54,789 nucleotides of DNA from an uncultured Methanosarcinales archaeon (GTDB taxonomy: Archaea > Nanobdellota > Nanobdellia > Woesearchaeales > CAZKBD01), in assembly GCA_964550945.1 (NCBI GenBank), contig CAZKBD010000003.1, positions 1 through 54,789 of the forward strand, given 5' to 3'. A program made the translations under genes and the position numbers. Of the stretch, positions 25,973 through 34,278 are shown piece after piece; position 1 is the stretch's first letter, and the number at the start of each line of letters is the position of its first letter. Under the pieces are notes generated by a model. The model saw nothing but the letters and a program-made list of their open reading frames with translations. It searched no databases and had not been told where the DNA came from.

Positions 25973-27864
25973 AAAAGAGCGCGCTTTTACTGGTTTGCAT
26001 AGTTCTTTCTGCTAGTCTCACAATTGCCCTTACCTCACCGCCAACTGATTGTACAGACCCAATCATTCAGTCAACATGGGATTCAGTTTTCAAGCAACCT
26101 TCTTCAGGAATAGCCGTTTTTGCGAATGGCTCAATTGTTGGATCATGGTGCGGAAAGTATTTTGCATACAAGCATGTTGGTGCTGCAACTTATATCTTGT
26201 TCGGGCATACTGAACTTATAACTAGCTCTGGAAATAGTTTTAATGAAACATTTATTTACGCAAGATATGCAAATCTTACTGATGATGGAAAAGATTTGGT
26301 TGATAGTATTACGAATATTAATGAAGCAGCGGAGTTATTTTTTCCAAATGGAACTGATTTTTATTATGAAAACACCAGTTTTTATGAAAATTATGTTAAT
26401 CTAAGAGGTTCAAGTTTAGCAATTGGCTATTCTACTGATGAATATAGCGCTTATTATAGATCAACCCCTGGCGCTTGGGCAGCAAGCGATCATGCTGGAA
26501 ACAGAGAATACTCATTTACTAAGAATGTGAGCAATAATGAGTATAGGATGTATGAATCTGGAACTATCAACAATAACTACACCTATGATGGGTATACTTT
26601 TTCTAAGAGGCTTTGGCCACCCCCATTAATCTGCGCTCCAAACTGGAACTGCGGCTCATGGGCAGCTTGCCTAAACAGCTCACAAAAAAGAAATTGCACA
26701 GATTCAAATAATTGCGGAAATAATGCTACTAAACCCTTTGTAACCCAAACCTGCACTTGCACTTCAAACTGGAGTTGCAGCTCCTGGGCAAATTGTTCTA
26801 ATGGCACCCAAACACGAGACTGTAATGATATGAACAATTGCGGAAATAACGCTACTAAACCATTTGTAAACCAAACCTGCTGCACTCCAAACTGGAACTG
26901 CGGCTCATGGGCAGCTTGCCTAAACAGCTCACAAAAAAGAAATTGCACAGATTCAAATAATTGCGGAAATAATGCTACTAAACCCTTTGTAACCCAAACC
27001 TGCACTTGCACTTCAAACTGGAGTTGCAGCTCCTGGGCAAATTGTTCTAATGGCACCCAAACACGAGACTGTAATGATATGAACAATTGCGGAAATAACG
27101 CTACTAAACCATTTGTAAACCAAACCTGCTGCACTCCAAACTGGAACTGCGGCTCATGGACCTTGTGCTTGAATAGCACACAGACAAGAGCATGCAATGA
27201 TAGGAATAACTGTGGAACTGCTATTGGCAGACCACCTCAAAACCAATCATGCGCACAAAATGAATGCGCATCTAATTCTGACTGTGATTCTGGAGAAGCA
27301 TGTTCTGATAATGAATGTGTCGCAGCCTCACTCAGCCCAAAACGATTTAATGTTTTGTGGCTTTTTGCCCTGCCAATTCCTCTTGCAGTAGTTATCCTAA
27401 TAGTATTCAAAAATCAATTGTTTGGAGCCAGCTTCGAACCTAAGAGATATCGCCCTGCCCCACCTCAACAACCTAGGAGGGCGCAATGGCCCACCCAAGC
27501 GCCATATCCAAGGCCTATCCCCTTAACTCAATCAGTTAGGCCGTATTCAAGCGCTACAAGACACTCAATAAATCAAGCGCAATATCAAAAACTTCAGGCA
27601 GCAAAAGAGGTCAAAGAAGCTTTTGCTCAAGCATTTGGGCCGACAAAGGCACCAACACAAACAAAAGAAAATAGTATACCTATTCCACAAGAGATAAACA
27701 TCCCTCAAGTATTTAAGCCATGCCCAAAGCCAAGAATAGAAGATAAGGTTATCAAATTATCCAGGCCCAAAACCCTAAAAAAAACCAAGTATACTCTTAC
27801 ACAAATATACAAACCATCAGAGCCCAAAGACACCTTTGACAAGCTTAGAGAATTGTACCAATAA
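25969..27864 (+). CDS. Surface protein with Cys/Trp tandem repeats, TM anchor and Pro-rich cytoplasmic tail
   Basis: Signal peptide; repeats C.PNW.C.SW..C....Q.R.C.D.NNCG (TSP1-like); TM at ~aa 465-485. Confidence 0.85.
   Translation: MKKSALLLVCIVLSASLTIALTSPPTDCTDPIIQSTWDSVFKQPSSGIAVFANGSIVGSWCGKYFAYKHVGAATYILFGHTELITSSGNSFNETFIYARYANLTDDGKDLVDSITNINEAAELFFPNGTDFYYENTSFYENYVNLRGSSLAIGYSTDEYSAYYRSTPGAWAASDHAGNREYSFTKNVSNNEYRMYESGTINNNYTYDGYTFSKRLWPPPLICAPNWNCGSWAACLNSSQKRNCTDSNNCGNNATKPFVTQTCTCTSNWSCSSWANCSNGTQTRDCNDMNNCGNNATKPFVNQTCCTPNWNCGSWAACLNSSQKRNCTDSNNCGNNATKPFVTQTCTCTSNWSCSSWANCSNGTQTRDCNDMNNCGNNATKPFVNQTCCTPNWNCGSWTLCLNSTQTRACNDRNNCGTAIGRPPQNQSCAQNECASNSDCDSGEACSDNECVAASLSPKRFNVLWLFALPIPLAVVILIVFKNQLFGASFEPKRYRPAPPQQPRRAQWPTQAPYPRPIPLTQSVRPYSSATRHSINQAQYQKLQAAKEVKEAFAQAFGPTKAPTQTKENSIPIPQEINIPQVFKPCPKPRIEDKVIKLSRPKTLKKTKYTLTQIYKPSEPKDTFDKLRELYQ
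26636..27159 (+). repeat. 249-bp tandem repeat (2 full copies plus a partial third)
   Basis: CTCCAAACTGGAACTGCGGCTCATGG at 26636, 26885 and 27134; copies appear identical. Confidence 0.9.
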
Positions 27865-27918
27865 GTTTTCTAACCATATTCCGATAATGTTTTAAATACT
27901 GTTTAATTAGCGCCCTAT

Positions 27919-28542
27919 ATGGGATACAAAGGCCTTCTTTTAGCTTCAGGCGGCATTGACAGTCCTGTTGCTGGTTACTTAATGAAGCAGCTTAATGTGG
28001 ATGTTATTGCAATTCACTTCGATAATTACCCTTATGCAACCAAGAGGCCATTAGAAAAAACAAGGAAACTAATGAAGAAGATTAATGTCAAAAAGCTATA
28101 TGTGGTTCCAATGGGGGAATATGTCCAAAAAGAGCTTGTGCACCTATATAGAAGATTTCAATGCATTTTCTGCAGAAGGATGATGTTCAGGATTGCAGAA
28201 AAGATAGCAAAAAAAGAGAAATGCGATTTTTTGATAACAGGAGAAAATCTTGGCCAGGTCGCTTCCCAGACGTTAACTAATCTAACGACAGCGATGGAAG
28301 CAGTAAATATAGCCATAATGAGGCCCTTGCTATGCAATGATAAGCAGGAAACCGTAGATCTGGCAAAAAAGATAGGGACCTATGAAGCATCAATAGAGCC
28401 GGGATCATGCTGCAACCTGGTTCCGCAAAAGCCGCATACAAGAGCAAAGCTTGAAAAGATTAAATTCGAGGAGAAAAGAATAAATATAAACGAAATAGTC
28501 AGTAAGGCAGTTAAAAATACAAACATAGAGCTGTTAGAATGA
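27919..28542 (+). CDS. ThiI-like PP-loop sulfurtransferase lacking THUMP/NFLD domains
   Basis: SGGIDS, CIFCRR, TGENLGQVASQT, RPL..DKQE and SCC motifs. Confidence 0.85.
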   Translation: MGYKGLLLASGGIDSPVAGYLMKQLNVDVIAIHFDNYPYATKRPLEKTRKLMKKINVKKLYVVPMGEYVQKELVHLYRRFQCIFCRRMMFRIAEKIAKKEKCDFLITGENLGQVASQTLTNLTTAMEAVNIAIMRPLLCNDKQETVDLAKKIGTYEASIEPGSCCNLVPQKPHTRAKLEKIKFEEKRININEIVSKAVKNTNIELLE

Positions 28543-28700
28543 AAATAAAACTCCTATCCATATTTCTGGTTGCTATTCTTTTAGTTAATATGGTATTATT
28601 TGCATTAGGTATGATAAAAGGAATTTATTTCTGGATGATCATAATCATTATTGGCGTAATCGCCTACAAAGTCATCCCGTTAGTGAATAAAATACGGTAA
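28539..28700 (+). CDS. Small 2-TM membrane protein (53 aa, not in ORF track)
   Basis: MKIKLLSIFLVAILLVNMVLFALGMIKGIYFWMIIIIIGVIAYKVIPLVNKIR*; ATGA overlap with the upstream stop. Confidence 0.7.
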   Translation: MKIKLLSIFLVAILLVNMVLFALGMIKGIYFWMIIIIIGVIAYKVIPLVNKIR

Positions 28701-28931
28701 TTTATTAAAAATTGTGCGAAAGTGATTTTCAGTCGGTAATAATTAAAAAATAATATTATCCATAAAAGTTTAAAGTCAAAATATAAATAAACACAATAAA
28801 CTAACGACAGTAATCAGTAATTTTAACATTAATGGTGGTTATTGACCATTATATAAAAATCAATAATAAAAATAATAAATTATTACCAACCACTCTCGCA
28901 AGTGAACAACCCTCCATATATTTGATTAAAG

Positions 28932-29492
28932 ATGAAAAAAGAAATCAGGATTGTTGGAATTGATGATGCGCCTTTCGATAAATTCAAGAAAGGGCAGGTG
29001 CTTGTTGTGGCAACAATATTTAGAGGAGGCCTTTGCATTGATGGGATAATGTCAACAAAAGTAGATGTTGATGGAAACGACGCAACAAAAAAGCTTGTTG
29101 CTATGATAAATAAATGCAAATTCAAATCCCAGCTGCAATGTATCTTGCTTGATGGCATCGCATTAGGCGGTTTTAATATAATCGATATCAATGAGCTAAA
29201 TAAAAAAACGAAAATACCTGTTATGGTCGTTATAAGGCGCTATCCGGACTTCAAAAAAATAAAAGAAACACTAATTAAAATAAAAAAGGAAAAAAAATAC
29301 GAGCTAATTGAAAAAGCAGGAAAAGTGCATAAAGTAGAAAATATCTATATCCAATTAGCTGGCTTAACATTGAATAAAGCAAAAGAAGTCCTGAGAATAA
29401 GCTGCACACGTTCATTTATTCCAGAGCCAATAAGGCTAGCTCACTTAATAGCTGCTGGGATTGTAAAAGGAGAAAGCAGAGGAAAGGCTTAA
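28932..29492 (+). CDS. DUF99 family (endonuclease V-like) protein
   Basis: RIVGIDDAPF, LLDGIALGGFNIID and PEPIRLAHLIA motifs. Confidence 0.9.
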   Translation: MKKEIRIVGIDDAPFDKFKKGQVLVVATIFRGGLCIDGIMSTKVDVDGNDATKKLVAMINKCKFKSQLQCILLDGIALGGFNIIDINELNKKTKIPVMVVIRRYPDFKKIKETLIKIKKEKKYELIEKAGKVHKVENIYIQLAGLTLNKAKEVLRISCTRSFIPEPIRLAHLIAAGIVKGESRGKA

Positions 29493-31246
29493 CTATAATA
29501 CAATTTCCCTTTATCTTTTTGCTCTCTGTCTAGATAAGAACCCGGCTTGTTGATTCTTGGCCTTCCGGTTTCTTTTTCCCGCCTTAATGAGATTTCCACA
29601 TCAACCAACAAAGAATTCATGCCTTCTTCCATTGCAAAAGGGCCGTTTGCAACACCATGCTTAGCAGGCTCTCCTTCAAAAACCAATAATCGATCGCTCA
29701 AATAATCAATAAACAATAAGTCATGGTCAACAACCAAAGCAGAAATACCTTTTGTTTCGCAGACATTCTTTATTATCTTTGAAACTCTCAATCTTTGCTC
29801 AACATCCAAATAAGCAGAAGGCTCGTCTAATAAAGCCAAGTCAACTTGCCTTGACAGGCATAGCGCTATCGCCACTTTCTGCAATTCACCACCACTTAGC
29901 TCATTTATCTTTCTCATAAGCAATGATTTTAGGTTTAATGGATTTATTATGTCACTAGTGTGTTTTTTGATTGCTTCCTGCAAGACATTGACAACAAGCT
30001 CATCAGAATCTGTATCAATGTATTGCGGCTTGTAACTCACTTTTATCTTTGTGTCAATCTGGCCTTCGTCTGCCTTTAGGTCATTAGCCAATATCCTGAC
30101 AAAAGTAGTCTTTCCAATGCCGTTCTCTCCCAAGATGCCAATAATCTCATGTTTGTTGATGTTGCCTGGCTTGGCTTCTAAGCTGAATTTGCCTAACATT
30201 TTCCTAATCAAAGGCCATTCAACTATTTTTGAAATCTCTTTTTTTTTGCTTGGAGGCTTAACTTCAAAACTGATCTTATAAGGCCTGAATCTTATATTTT
30301 CCTCTCTTAAGAACCCTTCTAAATATTCGTTAATGCCTATGTTTGTTGTTTTTAGCTGGCTGCAGACGCCATAGCAAGCTTCTTTGCCGTACATTATATG
30401 CACTAGATCAGTCATATAATCAAGAGCAATAAGGTCGTGCTCAATAACTACCACAGCAGTTTCTTTGTCTGCCAGCTGCCTGATAAACTTTGCAACCCTC
30501 AGCCTTTGTTTTATATCCAAATAACTTGTTAGCTCATCAAAGATGTATAAATCGGCTTTTTTGAGGACGGTTGCAGCTATCGCGACTCTTTGCAATTCGC
30601 CGCCAGAGATCTTGCTTATATCGTTGTCTAATATATTTTCTATCGCAAGCTCTTTTGCGATCTCTTTTAGCTTCTTTTTTTCATCCACTTTTTTCAACAA
30701 TTCTCCAATTGTGCCTTTATACTGTCTTGACAATAAATCAACCTGCTGGGGCTTATAGCTTACTTTTATCTTGTTGTCTCTTATTTTTTCAAAGAAGCCT
30801 TGGGCTTCATTGCCTTTGAAATACGCAATCAACTGATTGTAATCCGGCTCTTTTTTAGGATCGCCTAAGTTGGGCTTTAAGACTCCTGCCAAAATCTTTA
30901 TTGCAGTGCTCTTGCCAATGCCATTCACCCCTAAAACACCAATGACTTTGCCAAATAAAGGAGTTGGCAAGCTGAATAGGGCAAATCCATTATCATCATA
31001 CCTATGAATTGGCTTTTCAGTCAGTTCTTCTGGAAGATTAATCACAGAGATCGCTTCAAACGGGCATCTGTTGACGCAGATTCCACAACCACTACAAAGC
31101 TCTTCATTGATTTTTGGCTTGTCATCATCGCCTTTTACAATGCACTCCTCTCCACTCTTGTTGATAGGGCAAACTCTAAAGCAAAGAAGGCCGCCACAAC
31201 CATTTGGATTGCATTTCTGTTTTTCAATTACTGCTATTCTGGGCAT
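29489..31246 (-). CDS. rli: Ribosome recycling ATPase ABCE1/Rli
   Basis: N-terminal Fe-S domain (CSGCGICVNRCP) and two ABC cassettes (NGIGKST, SGGELQ). Confidence 0.96.
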   Translation of the reverse strand: MPRIAVIEKQKCNPNGCGGLLCFRVCPINKSGEECIVKGDDDKPKINEELCSGCGICVNRCPFEAISVINLPEELTEKPIHRYDDNGFALFSLPTPLFGKVIGVLGVNGIGKSTAIKILAGVLKPNLGDPKKEPDYNQLIAYFKGNEAQGFFEKIRDNKIKVSYKPQQVDLLSRQYKGTIGELLKKVDEKKKLKEIAKELAIENILDNDISKISGGELQRVAIAATVLKKADLYIFDELTSYLDIKQRLRVAKFIRQLADKETAVVVIEHDLIALDYMTDLVHIMYGKEACYGVCSQLKTTNIGINEYLEGFLREENIRFRPYKISFEVKPPSKKKEISKIVEWPLIRKMLGKFSLEAKPGNINKHEIIGILGENGIGKTTFVRILANDLKADEGQIDTKIKVSYKPQYIDTDSDELVVNVLQEAIKKHTSDIINPLNLKSLLMRKINELSGGELQKVAIALCLSRQVDLALLDEPSAYLDVEQRLRVSKIIKNVCETKGISALVVDHDLLFIDYLSDRLLVFEGEPAKHGVANGPFAMEEGMNSLLVDVEISLRREKETGRPRINKPGSYLDREQKDKGKLYYS

Positions 31247-31329
31247 AATACCTATAAAATGCACAAATAAATATAAAGTTGGCGGTTTTATAGAATAATT
31301 TTATAAATCTCCTGTTATTCTTACTAACC

Positions 31330-31488
31330 ATGAAATGCGCAATATGCTCTAAAAAAATTGAAGAGACTTTCCTCAAGAAGATTGTGGGCACTTACATCAA
31401 GGACAAAAACAGGAAAAAGCAGGCTGTCTGCTTCGAATGCCAGAAGAAGTTTCCTAACAAAGAAGATTTGATTGCTAATATAAAATGA
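31330..31488 (+). CDS. Small zinc-finger protein (52 aa, not in ORF track)
   Basis: MKCAICSKKIEETFLKKIVGTYIKDKNRKKQAVCFECQKK...; two CxxC; TTTTATAAA upstream. Confidence 0.75.
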   Translation: MKCAICSKKIEETFLKKIVGTYIKDKNRKKQAVCFECQKKFPNKEDLIANIK

Positions 31489-31499
31489 TTTATTAAGCA

Positions 31500-31646
31500 G
31501 AAAACGCCGACAACAATGGCGAGGACGAGGCAGGGGTTGTCCCGTGACATGCGAGTGAGCTCGTTCGAGAGCGAACTCGCTCACAAGTCACTGGGTGCCG
31601 AGTAGGTCGAAGACCGTCCGAAGCCATTTTTGTTGTTGGCGTTTTT
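31500..31646 (+). other. GC-rich multi-stem structured element (ncRNA or ssDNA repeat)
   Basis: Closing stem AAAACGCCGACAAC-AATGGC/GCCATT-GTTGTTGGCGTTTT; inner GGAC/GTCC, GGCA/TGCC, GTGAC/GTCAC and GGTC-GAA-GACC. Confidence 0.75.
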
Positions 31647-31670
31647 ACGGAATAATACCTTAATAAAGAT

Positions 31671-31743
31671 GCCCCCGTAGCTTAGCCAGCAAAGCGCGAG
31701 TTTCGTAAACTCGAGATCGAGGGTGCAAATCCCTTCGGGGGCT
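31671..31743 (+). tRNA. tRNA-Thr(CGT)
   Basis: GCCCCCG/CGGGGGC+T; anticodon arm CGAGT-TTCGTAA-ACTCG; T-arm GAGGG-TGCAAAT-CCCTT. Confidence 0.88.
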
Positions 31744-31819
31744 TTTATTACTTTTTTTATATTATTCTTATAAAAAATAGCAAAATTTATATATTGGTAT
31801 AAAATAAGTAACAAATAAA

Positions 31820-32473
31820 ATGATAATCTACAATCCAAATGATGAAAATATGATGAAAGAAAAAATAGAAGAAGCGCAAAAAATCCTAGATAGCATTCCA
31901 GCCAAATACTGCTTTATCAGCGGCTCTTTCTTGTTCAAAAAGAGCTATAGAGACATAGATGTGTTTATAATAAGCAGGACAAAGAAAGAGATTAAACTGA
32001 TCAATAAAAAAATAAACCTAATTATGATTGACTTTAATGAGCTATATTCTCTATTTTACCATTCAGTTTCAAAAAGCTGTATTGCCAAAAATCTACTTCC
32101 AAAAAAGCCGTTAAAAGTGACTATTGCAGATTATTGGGATGTTATAAATGAAGCAATCCCAACAATATTAAATGAAAAAAACAAGTATCATAAAAATATC
32201 AGGTTTTTAATACTTTATACAGAGTACTTCAAATATAACCGGATTCTGGATACCTATGAATTACGAAGAAAGATCGAAAAATTCAGAAATTTCAGGGAAA
32301 TTCTGGATTATGCCAAGAAAGAGATTCCTTTAACCATAAACAGCCATATAAAGAAAAGTTATATCAAAAGATATTTTTATACTCAAGCAGGCTATTATAA
32401 AGATTCACTTGATTACAAAAGCCAAAGGTATTTATACGAACTTTCACATAATATAGTCAAAGGTGTTGCTTAA
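31820..32473 (+). CDS. Nucleotidyltransferase (MNT/Pol-beta)-like protein
   Basis: FISGSFL...RDIDVFII (GS...DxD motif). Confidence 0.65.
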   Translation: MIIYNPNDENMMKEKIEEAQKILDSIPAKYCFISGSFLFKKSYRDIDVFIISRTKKEIKLINKKINLIMIDFNELYSLFYHSVSKSCIAKNLLPKKPLKVTIADYWDVINEAIPTILNEKNKYHKNIRFLILYTEYFKYNRILDTYELRRKIEKFRNFREILDYAKKEIPLTINSHIKKSYIKRYFYTQAGYYKDSLDYKSQRYLYELSHNIVKGVA

Positions 32474-32851
32474 ATGGTTGAACCTCAGGAATTTAAGGAT
32501 AAAATAAGGGGTATAATCTCGCAGGAATACGCCATAGAATTTCTTGGCACTAATTTTGACCAGATAGCTACTCTACTCACAGATTCAAAAGTGCAATCTA
32601 TATACGATTGGATACAAAAAGTTATTGAGAGAAAAATACAGCCAATAACTATAGGCTCAAAAAAACAATACAGAAATTGGAAAATAAGTGAATTAATGAC
32701 ATTTAGGCATGCATTTAACCTAAGCAATGTTGAATATAGGATACTGTTTGTTAAGGTTAAGAACTCATTCTACATTGAATTTCATCTCGGAGACCATAAA
32801 TATTATGACAAGGTTAGAACAAGCTTGGATATTAAGAAAAGGAATTACTAG
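32474..32851 (+). CDS. Hypothetical protein, possible RelE-like toxin
   Basis: C-terminal YRILFV...FHLGDHKYYD; abuts the MNT gene. Confidence 0.5.
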   Translation: MVEPQEFKDKIRGIISQEYAIEFLGTNFDQIATLLTDSKVQSIYDWIQKVIERKIQPITIGSKKQYRNWKISELMTFRHAFNLSNVEYRILFVKVKNSFYIEFHLGDHKYYDKVRTSLDIKKRNY

Positions 32852-32852
32852 A

Positions 32853-33815
32853 ATGAAACAAACCCATTTCGAACGCGCAATATTTATCTCTTGGTATTGC
32901 TCCAAGCGAGACTGTTCTTTTTGTTACCTATCAACTAAGAACTTCAAGCAAGACCCGATGAAAGATAGAAGAACCTTAGCTTCAATCCTTGCTGAGGTTA
33001 TTATCTGCAAATCCTGCGGCTGGAAGATTGAATTTTTGTCTGGAGGCTGTGAAAGCTGGCCAGATGACGAGTTATTGTTATTATTAAAAAATATTTACGC
33101 GATTAATGGCGAAAAACAATGGCTGAATATAGGTGTTTTAAACAAGGAGCAACTAAGGAAATTTAAGCCCTATATCCAAGGAGTTTGTGGAACAATAGAA
33201 TGCATAAATCCTGGTTTGAGAGAGAAAATATGCCCTAGCAAGCCTTTGAAGCCAATTTATGGAATGTTTAAGTTTTGCGATGAGCTTAAATTGAAAAAAT
33301 CAATAACAATAATCATCGGATTAGGGGAAACAATTGAGGATTTCGATAATCTAAGAAAACTGATTAATGAATATAAAATTGACAGAGTTACTTTTTATAG
33401 GCTAAAATTGCATAAAGGAATCCCATTCAAAAAAGCTCCTGAAACAGGATATTATGCTGAATGGGTCAAGAAAACAAGAGAAGAATTTCCAGATATCGAA
33501 ATAATTGTAGGCTCCTGGCTGACTCATCTAAATGAAATCCATCTTTTGCTTGAGGCTGGTGCAGACGCAATAACCAAATTCCCTTCTATAAAATTGTTTG
33601 GATCAGATTATGCGAGGACTATTGAAGAGGAAGCAAAGAAAGCAAAAAGGAAATTTATCGGAACATTGACAAAAAAACCAAAGATTGATCATAAAACGAT
33701 TGATAAGTTAGGTGTTAGCGATAAGCTGAAAAAAGATATAAACTTACAATTGGATTCTTATGCTAAAAACCTATCTGGCATATCTCGAAAGTATCAGGAT
33801 CGTAGTCCCATATAA
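32853..33815 (+). CDS. Radical SAM protein (BioB-like, CX4CX2C)
   Basis: WYCSKRDCSFCY, FLSGG, CPSKP and IIIGLGET motifs. Confidence 0.85.
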   Translation: MKQTHFERAIFISWYCSKRDCSFCYLSTKNFKQDPMKDRRTLASILAEVIICKSCGWKIEFLSGGCESWPDDELLLLLKNIYAINGEKQWLNIGVLNKEQLRKFKPYIQGVCGTIECINPGLREKICPSKPLKPIYGMFKFCDELKLKKSITIIIGLGETIEDFDNLRKLINEYKIDRVTFYRLKLHKGIPFKKAPETGYYAEWVKKTREEFPDIEIIVGSWLTHLNEIHLLLEAGADAITKFPSIKLFGSDYARTIEEEAKKAKRKFIGTLTKKPKIDHKTIDKLGVSDKLKKDINLQLDSYAKNLSGISRKYQDRSPI

Positions 33816-34278
33816 GCTCAGGATATGATTTTATCAATTGAGCATACTGTTCTGATTTTAGAAGATTAGTAATGTACTCCTTGTATTCGTCAAACTCTCT
33901 AGCAGGAGTAGCCTCAAGGCCCTTGCATAAGCATTTATCAAAGCAAACGACATAAGCCCCTTCTTTGCCTTTAACCCTAGCCAGCATAAACGGCCATAAT
34001 TTGCAATCAAATGGCCTTATTTCATATATCCTGCATAAATGAGCTTCCTCGTCCAGGAAAGGGCAAACATAAAACCCCTTCTCAGATTTCAGCATCTTTA
34101 TCTGAAAAACCTTTTTGGATCCCTTATACTCCATGAAATATTCAACATTTCCAAACTTCTTCTTTATTTCCTCTACTTCTTTATCCGTAAAAAGAGGAGA
34201 AAAATATAATTCACTGTTCTCAAATTTACAACATTCGCGGCATTTAAGGCAATCTTCTGATTTAGTTATCGTTTTCAT
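33763..34278 (-). CDS. YkgJ family cysteine-cluster protein
   Basis: CLKCRECC, CPFLD, CRIYEIRPFDCKLWPF. Confidence 0.9.
   Translation of the reverse strand: MKTITKSEDCLKCRECCKFENSELYFSPLFTDKEVEEIKKKFGNVEYFMEYKGSKKVFQIKMLKSEKGFYVCPFLDEEAHLCRIYEIRPFDCKLWPFMLARVKGKEGAYVVCFDKCLCKGLEATPAREFDEYKEYITNLLKSEQYAQLIKSYPELIWDYDPDTFEICQIGF

Noticed and set aside
26636..27159. Possible CRISPR array
   Set aside because: Contiguous in-frame 249-bp coding repeats without unique spacers; no cas genes in the window.
26583..27197. 204-aa antisense ORF
   Set aside because: Shadow of the repeat-containing + strand gene.
28701..28880. Very AT-rich intergenic tract as a replication origin
   Set aside because: No repeated ORB-like boxes and no adjacent cdc6/orc1 gene.
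31500..31646. SRP RNA or self-cleaving ribozyme identity for the structured element
   Set aside because: No SRP helix-8 CAGG..GNRA..AGCA motif and no hammerhead CTGANGA/GAAA core on either strand; left unassigned.
31324..31838. - strand ORFs 31324-31584 and 31581-31838
   Set aside because: Antisense to the Zn-finger gene, the structured element and tRNA-Thr.
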